Part shown: positions 1 to 8,000 of the stretch, piece after piece
How positions within the stretch are numbered: the first letter of the stretch is position 1
Layout: every line of letters starts with the position of its first letter
NCBI GenBank assembly: GCA_035250805.1
Contig: DATFEW010000163.1
Location: forward strand, 1 to 29,072
DNA length: 29,072 nucleotides
DNA from: Pyrinomonadaceae bacterium
GTDB lineage: Bacteria > Acidobacteriota > Blastocatellia > Pyrinomonadales > Pyrinomonadaceae
Direction of reading: 5' to 3'
Program-made: the position numbers and the translations under genes
Notes under the pieces: model-generated
The model's input: the letters and a program-made list of their open reading frames with translations, nothing else
What the model was told of the DNA's origin: nothing
Databases searched by the model: none

Positions 1-20
1 GAAGTCTTGCGCACTCCAAA
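1..20. repeat. Possible 3' tail of a REP-like palindromic repeat (…TTGCGCACTCCAAA), cut by the window edge
   Basis: The window starts GAAGTCTTGCGCACTCCAAA. From memory, GCACTCCAAA ends a family of intergenic palindromic repeats in Acidobacteria/PVC genomes. Only 20 nt are visible and there is no second copy in the window. Confidence 0.25.
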
Positions 21-358
21 AATATTTCACTTAAATAAGACATCGCATCGGAGCGGTCAAGAAACGCAGCAGTGATCCGGGCATGAAGATACTCCGGATG
101 CTCTTTGAACTCTAGATCGTGCGGTCTCGGTGAAGGATTCACGGATAGTATGAACCAGCATAAACAAATTCTTGACTCGAGTTCGTGCAAAACTATGTAT
201 CAGAAAAAGAACATCCATACAAGCAGAGAGTGAGCGGTTATCATCATCCGTCCAATCATATAGTCCTATTACGCTTGCTGTGTGATCGGTCGAGTCGTTG
301 TCCAGCTAAAAGTGATAAGTTCTATTTTTGACGATATAAGTTAAATGGAGTGATCAAA

Positions 359-1258
359 ATGAAACTCGGTTCGGTGTTTTTTGCGTTTTTGCTGTTCGGT
401 TTTGCCGTAACGGTCACCGCACAGCAAAAGAAAATGAAAATCTATATCTCCGCCGACATGGAAGGAGTTGTCGGGGCTGTTACGGGCGATCAACTCGGAC
501 CAACCGGCTTTGAGTATCAGCGCTTCAGGGAATTTATGACGCAGGAAGTAAACGCGGCGATCGAGGCGGCGTTTGAGGCCGGGGCGACGGAAATACTGGT
601 CAGCGATTCGCACGGCAATGCGCTGAATTTGCTGATCGAGAAGCTTCCCCGGAATGTTACGGTCGTACGCGGCTTTCCGCGGCCTTTGATGATGATGCAG
701 GGCATCGACGAAACCTTCGACGGTGTTATTTTCCTTGGTTATCATTCGAGTACGACGAACGCGCAGGGCATTCGCGCCCATACAATTTCAAGCGCTCGGT
801 TGGCAGACGTCCGGCTTAATAACATATCGATGCCTGAAGGCGGCATCAATGCGGCGATCGCGGGCCACTTCAACGTGCCGGTCATAATGGTCTCTGGCGA
901 CGACGCAGCGGTGAAGGAAGTTTCGGCTATTGTAGGCGATATCGAAGGCGCGGTCGTGAAATGGAATTACGGGTTTCACTCGGCTAAAACGATGACCCCG
1001 GAAGCGGGTTATGCCCTCATTCGCGAAAAAGTCAAAAAGGCCGTAGCCCGGATCGCACAGTTCAAGCCGTATAAACTTAGAACACCTGTTCAATTGGACG
1101 TTCGCTTTAAGAGTTACCGTCCATCGGAGCTTTTGAGCTACTTGTCCATCGTCGAACGTACCGATGCTCACAGCATCCGCTTTACGGGTAAGGACATGAT
1201 CGAGGTATCAAAGTTTATTGAATTTATCGTATCGTACGAACCAGGATTGGAGCCTTGA
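359..1258 (+). CDS. dppA: M55 family D-aminopeptidase (DppA-like) with N-terminal signal peptide
   Basis: M55 motifs: YISADMEG (SxDxEG), DSHGN, GYHS, AHTISS, PEGGINA, SGDD. ATG at 359 has GGAG (347-350) 8 nt upstream; the ORF track starts at GTG 350. Hydrophobic leader MKLGSVFFAFLLFGFAVTVTA|QQ. Confidence 0.9.
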   Translation: MKLGSVFFAFLLFGFAVTVTAQQKKMKIYISADMEGVVGAVTGDQLGPTGFEYQRFREFMTQEVNAAIEAAFEAGATEILVSDSHGNALNLLIEKLPRNVTVVRGFPRPLMMMQGIDETFDGVIFLGYHSSTTNAQGIRAHTISSARLADVRLNNISMPEGGINAAIAGHFNVPVIMVSGDDAAVKEVSAIVGDIEGAVVKWNYGFHSAKTMTPEAGYALIREKVKKAVARIAQFKPYKLRTPVQLDVRFKSYRPSELLSYLSIVERTDAHSIRFTGKDMIEVSKFIEFIVSYEPGLEP

Positions 1259-1260
1259 AA

Positions 1261-1722
1261 ATGACCGGCGAGCCAGATCTATCGACTCCTGCTGTTTCCG
1301 CTTGGCGGGTTTGGCTGCCGGCCGTTTTGATGACTGCCGTGGCTGTCATTCAAATCGTCCTCGCGACGACCGCGGATATTAGTGCGTGGAAAGGCGGCGG
1401 TTTTGGAATGTTTGCGACGATCGATGGACCCTCAACACGCCGCGTACGCGTACTGGTCGAGGGACACGGCCGATCCGGGGAACTCGGGATCGCACGGTCC
1501 CAACAAATTCTCGAGAAACGGGTCCGGCTCTTTCCGTCGGACGTGTTCCTTCGGAGCCTCGCTAAGGCGGTATCAGAGCGCGAAACGCGAGTCGGACGCC
1601 CGGTTAAGGCCGTAACGATCGAGGTCTGGCGTGCGGACTACAACGAAAAACTGGAAGGCACAGATCGCCCGCTTCGCACCTTTACTCTAAATGTGGATCA
1701 AAAAGCTTACGACGCCCGCTAG
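1261..1722 (+). CDS. Small membrane-anchored hypothetical protein, copy 1 (SdpA-like / partner of HTTM protein)
   Basis: One N-terminal TM segment (VWLPAVLMTAVAVIQIVLA) followed by WKGGGFGMFATID. Clear paralogue of 2769-3230. ATG 1261 chosen by alignment with the paralogue N-terminus; it lies 2 nt after the dppA stop. Confidence 0.75.
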   Translation: MTGEPDLSTPAVSAWRVWLPAVLMTAVAVIQIVLATTADISAWKGGGFGMFATIDGPSTRRVRVLVEGHGRSGELGIARSQQILEKRVRLFPSDVFLRSLAKAVSERETRVGRPVKAVTIEVWRADYNEKLEGTDRPLRTFTLNVDQKAYDAR

Positions 1723-2587
1723 CGATCCGCGGGCCGCTTCGCTCGTGCTGCGCCTGACCGTGATCATTCTGCTTTTGCGGCCTATGGGTCCTTGGTGGAT
1801 AGGTCCCTTCCTTTTGGCTGTTGCAGTACTTGCTCTGGTATTTCCTCGCGTCCTATTTGCCCCGGGTACGTGGTTTGGTCTAGCGTTTCTTACCGTCGTT
1901 CGGATAATTGAAGATTGGCCCTTGGCCGATAATCATATCTATCTTCTCGCTTATTGGTGCCTGGCTATCGGCCTTGCCCTTGGATCACGAAACGCGATCT
2001 CCGTACTTGGACGTTCAAGCCGGCTCCTTATCGGTCTTGCTTTTCTCTTTGCGGTTATTTGGAAGGTCGTCTTGTCGCCAGACTACCTCGACGGTCGGTT
2101 TTTTCGCGCGACCTATCTGACAGAGACGCGATTCGAGAACATCACACTGTTCGTTGGCGGCTTGACACCCGATCAGCTCGCCGAATCGCGGGAGTACCTG
2201 CGACCCCTTCCCGAAGGGTCCGTGCGGGCGGAAGTGCCGAGGCTGCACGATACTCCGTCCTTTACGGCACTCGTATACTTTTCGACCTGGGCGACTGTGC
2301 TCCTCGAAGCGCTCTGCGGCTTTTTCTTTCTCTTCCCGTTTCGAAACCGTTCGAGCATCGTGCCGCATGTCCTTCTTCTGTTGTTTTGTGTCACGACGTA
2401 TGCCGTTGCAACCGTACCGGGTTTTGGTTGGCTCTTGTTAACGATGGGACTCGCCTCGGTCGACGCTGAGAACCGCCGGCTTCGAACCGCTTATCTCCTG
2501 GCGTGGCTGCTCGTGTTGGCTTATTTCGTGATGGTGTGGACCGGGTATTTTATAGATCGGGTTGACCACCAGTTGTTGGGCACCTGA
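1691..2587 (+). CDS. HTTM / vitamin-K-dependent carboxylase-like (SdpB-like) polytopic membrane protein, copy 1
   Basis: Several hydrophobic segments. DNHIYL resembles the GGCX/HTTM NHxYL motif, FLFAVIWKVVLSPDYLDG resembles the A-x-x-x-K-L…W-x-x-G motif, and there is a late LxE-x(n)-F helix. Paralogue at 3199-4089. Family assignment is by eye. Confidence 0.65.
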   Translation: MWIKKLTTPASDPRAASLVLRLTVIILLLRPMGPWWIGPFLLAVAVLALVFPRVLFAPGTWFGLAFLTVVRIIEDWPLADNHIYLLAYWCLAIGLALGSRNAISVLGRSSRLLIGLAFLFAVIWKVVLSPDYLDGRFFRATYLTETRFENITLFVGGLTPDQLAESREYLRPLPEGSVRAEVPRLHDTPSFTALVYFSTWATVLLEALCGFFFLFPFRNRSSIVPHVLLLLFCVTTYAVATVPGFGWLLLTMGLASVDAENRRLRTAYLLAWLLVLAYFVMVWTGYFIDRVDHQLLGT

Positions 2588-2768
2588 CTATAGAGACGGC
2601 GATCGATTTTTGCCTCTTTTGATGCTCCATGACGAACCAATTAATCGAAAGGTCATCGGTTCAAATCGATGGGTCGCTCCCGTACATTAGAACAGCAGTC
2701 GCACCATGAAACAGAGTGTGCGAGAATCATTCCAGTCTCGCGATCCTCCTGAGAACTAGGACCAGAAA

Positions 2769-3230
2769 ATGATTGACGAGCCGATCTCATCAACTACTCG
2801 TTTTGCGGCTTGGCGCGTTTGGTTGCCGGCCGTTTTGATGTCCGCTGTAGCGATCGTGCAAATAGTACTTGCCGCAACGACGAACATTAGTCCGTGGAAA
2901 GGCGGCGGTTTCGGGTTGTTTTCGACTCTTGATGGGAAGCTGGAGCGCCGTGTGCGGATCTTCGTCGAGTCCCCCGGCCGGTCCGAGGAACTCGAGATCG
3001 CTCCCTCTCAAAAAATACTCGCTGAGCGGGCCCGCCTTTTTCCTTCAGATTCAATGCTTCTAAGTCTCGCTCAAGCGGTGTCGAGGCATGAGACAGAATT
3101 CGGGCGACCGATAGACGCCGTCACAGTTGAGGTTAGGCGTACTGAGTTTAGTAGCGAACTCGCGGTCACTGATCGCCCTCTTCGCACCCTTTCCTGGAAT
3201 GTGGATCAAGAAACTTACAACTCCCGCTAG
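2769..3230 (+). CDS. Small membrane-anchored hypothetical protein, copy 2
   Basis: 153 aa, collinear with 1261-1722: shares AWRVWLPAVLM, WKGGGFG[M/L]F, RLFPSD and TDRPLRT. Confidence 0.75.
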   Translation: MIDEPISSTTRFAAWRVWLPAVLMSAVAIVQIVLAATTNISPWKGGGFGLFSTLDGKLERRVRIFVESPGRSEELEIAPSQKILAERARLFPSDSMLLSLAQAVSRHETEFGRPIDAVTVEVRRTEFSSELAVTDRPLRTLSWNVDQETYNSR

Positions 3231-4089
3231 CGATCCGGGCGCTTTGTCCTTCGTGTTGCGCCTGACCGCGATCATAATTCTCCTGAGGCCGATGGGCCCT
3301 TGGTGGATATCTTTTCTCCTTTTGGGCATCGCTGTCTCGACCCTCATCTTCCCCCGCATCCTCCACGCGCCCGCTACATGGTACGTGTTGGCATTGCTAG
3401 TGGCAGGTCGAATAATCGAAGACTGGCCATTAGCGGACAATCACATCTATCTTCTCGCGTACTGGTGTTTGGCGATCGGACTTGCTCTTGGATCCGGCAA
3501 CGTGATCACTGTTCTCGGTCGTTCAAGCCGGCTCCTCGTCGGACTCGCGTTTCTTTTCGCAGTTATCTGGAAAGGCGTATTGTCCCCGGACTACCTTGAC
3601 GGACGGTTTTTTCGTGTCACTTATCTGACGGACCCACGTTTCGAAAACTTAACAACGGTGGTTGGCAACTTCACGATCGATCAGCTTGCGGAAGCGCGGG
3701 AGTACTTAAAACCTCCGTCCGATGGGGCGTTGCCGAGATTACACAATACTCCGTCATTTACGGCACTCGTGTATTTTTCAACCTGGTGGACGATATTGAT
3801 CGAGGCTCTATGCGCCTTTTTCTTCCTCGTCCCGTTCCGGGGCCGCTTTGGCATCGCACGTCACGTACTTCTTCTAACGTTTTGTGTCACCACGTATGCT
3901 CTTGCTCCTGTGCTTGGGTTGGGTTTGATCTTGTTAACGATGGGGCTCGCATCGGTTGATCCCGAGAACCATTTGCTGCGAACGACTTATTTCACGGCGT
4001 GGCTGCTCGTGTTGGCTTACTACATGATACCGTGGGTCGGTTTCGTTATAGATGGGGTCGGCTACCAATGGTTCGCGACCGCACCTTAG
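3199..4089 (+). CDS. HTTM / vitamin-K-dependent carboxylase-like (SdpB-like) membrane protein, copy 2
   Basis: Start reassigned from TTG 3127 to ATG 3199 because MWIKKLTTPASDP is identical to the N-terminus of copy 1. Shares IIEDWPLADNHIYLLAYWCLAIGLALGS, FAVIWK and SPDYLDGRFFR. Confidence 0.7.
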   Translation: MWIKKLTTPASDPGALSFVLRLTAIIILLRPMGPWWISFLLLGIAVSTLIFPRILHAPATWYVLALLVAGRIIEDWPLADNHIYLLAYWCLAIGLALGSGNVITVLGRSSRLLVGLAFLFAVIWKGVLSPDYLDGRFFRVTYLTDPRFENLTTVVGNFTIDQLAEAREYLKPPSDGALPRLHNTPSFTALVYFSTWWTILIEALCAFFFLVPFRGRFGIARHVLLLTFCVTTYALAPVLGLGLILLTMGLASVDPENHLLRTTYFTAWLLVLAYYMIPWVGFVIDGVGYQWFATAP

Positions 4090-4154
4090 ATGCGACCGAC
4101 GTGACCTCCGTCGTCAAACTCTAGACACGCACAATTTACGGTGAATCTTGCAAT

Positions 4155-4181
4155 AAAAAAGGGTACCGCTAGCCGGTACCC
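4155..4181 (-). terminator. Intrinsic terminator of the Fis-like gene
   Basis: GGGTACCG-CTAGC-CGGTACCC perfect 8-bp stem (4161-4181), preceded on the + strand by AAAAAA, which is a U-tract on the - strand. It lies 24 nt past the stop at 4206. Confidence 0.75.
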
Positions 4182-4205
4182 AGATCCGTCATTTTAGGTT
4201 TCCGA

Positions 4206-4607
4206 CTAATGTTGATTCGCCGGTTCCAGCCTCAGATCGTCGGTGTAATTTCCCCAGTCATTTTCTGAAGAGTCGTGCTGAAGAATACCATACCGCTTCA
4301 TCTTTGCGTGGAGCGTCGTCGGCTTGATGTGAAGAAGACGAGCCGCCTGTCGCTGTCGACCTCCCGTACGAACTAGCGCACATTTGATTATGTTGGTCTC
4401 AAACCGCTGAACTTCATCGGAAAGATCGATGTCCGGCTTTGCCATGATATCGCGATCCTGTTCGAGCGAAGCGACCTCTGTCAAGATCGAATTTGCCAGG
4501 ACCCGCAGCGCTTCAAGCTTATTATTCATCACCGCCGGCGTATTGGCACTTCGATTGAATTCACGTATTGCGTTTTGACGTTTTCGATATAAGAGCATTG
4601 GGTTCAT
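4206..4607 (-). CDS. Stand-alone Fis-type (HTH_8) DNA-binding protein
   Basis: DLSDEVQRFETNIIKCALVRTGGRQRQAARLLHIKPTTLHAKMKRYGI is the NtrC/Fis C-terminal HTH. No AAA+ (GAFTGA) or receiver domain. ATG 4607 has GGAGG 7 nt upstream; the ORF track extends to 4649. Confidence 0.8.
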   Translation of the reverse strand: MNPMLLYRKRQNAIREFNRSANTPAVMNNKLEALRVLANSILTEVASLEQDRDIMAKPDIDLSDEVQRFETNIIKCALVRTGGRQRQAARLLHIKPTTLHAKMKRYGILQHDSSENDWGNYTDDLRLEPANQH

Positions 4608-4971
4608 AACAACACCTCCCATTAAAATTCGTGAGCCGTTTCCCGGCATCGTCGAAAATAGTACGCGCTAGCCAAGGCAAAAATCTTCAATTTTGGAACT
4701 AATTCAATAAATTTTGCCGTTGAGAAATATCAATTTTTTCGAACATCTGTTCAATGCCGGATGGGGTTTGGCATATTCTCGCGTTTCGTCACCAAAATAA
4801 TGCAATTCAAAATATTGCACATTTTTTCGTCCCGATCGGGAACGAAAGATGCAGATTCTTCGAGGTTTCCTCACAACAATCCGAAAATCTAAAGACTTGG
4901 CGCGAAATTGGCCTCTTACCAAAAATGAAAACACCAGCAAACGGTTAAATCTGACCGACAGGCCGCATAGG

Positions 4972-4986
4972 TGGCATATTTCTTGC
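4972..4986 (+). promoter_or_regulatory. Sigma-54 -24/-12 promoter of TonB-dependent receptor 1
   Basis: TGGCATATTTCTTGC matches TGGCA…TTGC with exact GG-N10-GC spacing, 110 nt upstream of ATG 5097. Confidence 0.75.
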
Positions 4987-5024
4987 CGCTCACAAAGCGG
5001 ACCATCCTCCAAAAAAACGCAAAT

Positions 5025-5040
5025 GTCCAATATTTTGAAC
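5025..5040 (+). promoter_or_regulatory. Conserved 16-bp box in the 5' UTR of receptor 1
   Basis: GTCCAATATTTTGAAC is 14/16 identical to GTTCGATATTTTGAAC at 9353-9368. Both start 52 nt after the -24 GG. Confidence 0.55.
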
Positions 5041-5096
5041 AGGTCTGTTCCCACAGAATTGCCGATTTCGATTCCAAACAGAGAGGTTACGAAAAC

Positions 5097-8000
5097 ATGA
5101 GAAAAGTATTAATTCCCGTTTTGGCCATTTCGGTGTTCGCCCTGGTGGCGTTCGGTCAGACGCCGACCGGTAGTTTGGTCGGCACTGTTGCAGGGCCAGA
5201 CGGTGTATTGCCGGGGGCCACCGTCGAGATCAAATATGACCTTACAGGCAAGACCCAAACTGTCACAACAAATAGCAGTGGCGGTTTCAGTTTTGTTCAG
5301 CTTGAGCCGGGAACGTACACGGTCAAGATCACAGCTCCCGGTTTCAAAGGATTTATCGCCAATGAGGTCAAGGTCGACGTTGGGCGCGAGTTCAACATGT
5401 CCCCGGTACTTCAGGTCGGCGGAATTGAGGAAAGCGTGACGGTGACCACCGGAGCCGACATTATTACATCGACTACCGGCCAGATAAGTAATACGGTAAG
5501 TCCGCAGCAGATCCTCTCAATGCCGCTTCTGACCCGTAATCCGCTCGACCTGACCACCCTCCAGGCGGGGGTGCAGAGTAGTGCAAACGGTGGCGTCGCT
5601 CCATTTCAGCTTACGACGATCAACGGGATGCGAACTTCCGCGACGAACATCACCCGAGACGGTATCAGCATTAACGACCCGTTCATCCGCGCCAACGCTA
5701 CCGACTTCGCCCCGGGACGACCATCTGTCGATGACACAGGTGAGTTCACGATCATTACCGGTGCACAGGAGGCCGACTCGGGCGGCGGCGCCCAAATTCA
5801 GGTGGTAACGCCACGCGGGACGAACGAGTTTCACGGTGCTCTCTTTGAATACAATAGAAACTCTGCGCTTGCCGCGAACAATTTCTTTAATAATCGTTCA
5901 GGAACTCCAATCCCATACCGCAACCGTAATCAATATGGCGGCAAGGTCGGCGGGCCGTTTCCTGTTCCGCACTTCGGTGAAGGCGGTCCCATCATCGATA
6001 TGGGAAAGGGATTTTTCTTTTTCGCGTATGAAGCAGTCAAGGACCCGGTGAGCCAACTTTACACCCGAACTATCTTAACGCCCGCCGCTCGCAGCGGTGC
6101 ATTCTCATTCCTTCGGGCCGCCGCAGGTTCCCCCTTCAACGCCAACGGCATTTCGTGCCCTTCGGGGGCAGTTGCCAGCACGTGCACCGTTGCTAACGTT
6201 CTAACATTTGCACAGGGCCAGGGCCTGCCGGGCATCCCGTCCACGATCAATCCGCTCATTCAAAGCCGAATCCTCGACCTGATGCCGGAGACGGGTAATT
6301 TCACCGGGCTCGGTGACGGGGTCAATACAACCGGATTTTCGCTGGACAGACAGTTCAATACTACAAGGGATACATATACGACCCGGATCGATCTGGACGC
6401 AACGGACAAGGATTCGTTCAATTTCGTCTATAGCTGGAACAGAGAAGATGTTCTTCGGCCGGACGTTGACGATACCGGATTTACACCGTCGCCCGACGTT
6501 ACGCAATTTTCGGAGAATCTTCAGTTGTCATTCGCTTACCGGCGAATGATCACCAGTAATATCGTAAACGAATTCCGGTGGGGCCGGTTCACTAACGAAG
6601 TTCCGTTTGACCGGATCAGTGAATACCCGGATTTTTACATCAACTCCCTCCCCACGAATGGAACCATACCGACAACGACACTTCAATTCCCGCTTGGAAC
6701 GTTGTTGGGGGGCCTAATCACAAATCCGATCAATGTGTTCATGGACCAGGGTCGAAACAATGAGGTAATGACGTTTGCGGACAATGCGACATGGGTGATG
6801 GGAAATCATTCGTTCCGGTTCGGCGGCCTTTATCAAAAGTATGAGGTGAATTCCTACAACGATTTCGGAATTGTTCCGCATTACTATATAGGAAATACAA
6901 CAAGCACAACCTTAACCGGCAACAACTTCGCTAATGTCGGTGGTAGTGGCAGCGTCATCAACAATACCCAGCTAGCACAGGTTAACGGACTTTTGGCTCT
7001 TTTGGGAGGGTTGGTAAATGCTGAACAACAGGCCTTCAATATGAAGGACATCGAAACCGGCTACGTTCGCGGCGAACGGCAACTGGCGCCGTTCATTAAC
7101 TGGAACCACGCTTTGTACTTTACCGATCGGTGGCAGATTCGTCCCGGTTTGACATTGAATGCCGGCGTTCGCTGGGAGATCTATCCGGCCCTACGACTGG
7201 ATAACGGACTGGCGCTGGAGGCCGTGATCACAGATCCGGACGATCCGGCGGCGTCACTTCTTGCAGGAAACGGCAGCTTCAATACCGTGGGAACAAATGC
7301 CGGACAGGAATTCCGATTCTATAAGACAGACTGGAACAACTTCGCTCCGTCTGTAAGTATAGCCTGGGCCCCCAATTTCGACAGTGGGATCGGCGGATTT
7401 CTCTTTGGTAAGGAGGGCCGCACCGTGATTCGTGCAGGATACAGCCACGTTTACGCAAACGACCAGATCATTACGTCGCTTAATGCCACGATCACATCGG
7501 CCGGTACCGGGAACGTAGGGCTTGGCCGTCAAACCATAAACGCGATCGGCCCGGCGGGCACCACCCAGTTGAATCTGCGGGCGGGACAAACTCAGGATAT
7601 TCCAACTCCGCTCTTCACCGGTCCGAACCGGACGTTTCTGCAGAATAGCGGTGCAGCACAGAACTTCTTTGGAAATGCCGGTGCGATCGATCCGAATCTG
7701 CAGATCCCGATGATCAGACAATATACGGTCGGTATCCAAAGGGAATTGCCGTGGGACATGGTTTTCGAGGCTCGATACGTTGGTACCAGCAGCGGTAATC
7801 TTCTGCGAAGCATTAACCTGAATGAGATCGACGTTATCAACAACGGATTTCTGGCTGATTTCCAGCGTGCCCAAGCCAATCTTGCACTAACCGGAACGAC
7901 GGCGTTCTGCAACCCGGCGACGGTCACCGGATGTCAAACGCTTACGCTTTTCCGAAACGTTGCTGTTGGTCCCCAACCCTTGAGGGTGGGTACTTCAGCA

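Noticed and set aside
1691-1722. Programmed frameshift fusing gene A to gene B at CAAAAAG
   Set aside because: B is in the +1 frame, so a -1 slip would not join them, and the A-run is not conserved in copy 2 (CAAGAAA). An ATG is conserved in both copies, so re-initiation is simpler.
2599-2680. tRNA-like 3' half (…AGGTC-ATCGG-TTCAAAT-CGAT-GGGTCGC-TCC) with a partly pairing GCGATCG upstream
   Set aside because: The T-stem lacks one base, no D-arm is recognisable, the anticodon stem has only 3 pairs with a 9-nt loop, there is no CCA, and no integrase is nearby. It is not supportable as a tRNA; tRNAscan-SE or ARAGORN would decide.
3127-3198. 24-aa N-terminal extension of HTTM copy 2 in the ORF track
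   Set aside because: Copy 1 has no equivalent. Homology begins at ATG 3199, and the extension lies inside gene A'.
4769-4782. TGGCATATTCTCGC, a look-alike of the sigma-54 site at 4972
   Set aside because: Spacing is GG-N9-GC, and sigma-54 needs exactly N10. The similar CGGCATATTTTCCC near 9390 lacks the GC.
4971-5096. 42-aa N-terminal extension of receptor 1 in the ORF track
   Set aside because: It starts inside the sigma-54 promoter and precedes a good RBS and signal peptide at 5097. The extension of receptor 3 (19972-20031) is rejected for the same kind of reason.
4704-5100. Short ORFs in the Fis-like/receptor 1 intergenic region (4704-5054, 4754-4948, 4849-5100) and at 9106-9463
   Set aside because: They overlap AT-rich promoter elements on both strands, have no RBS and show no recognisable domain.
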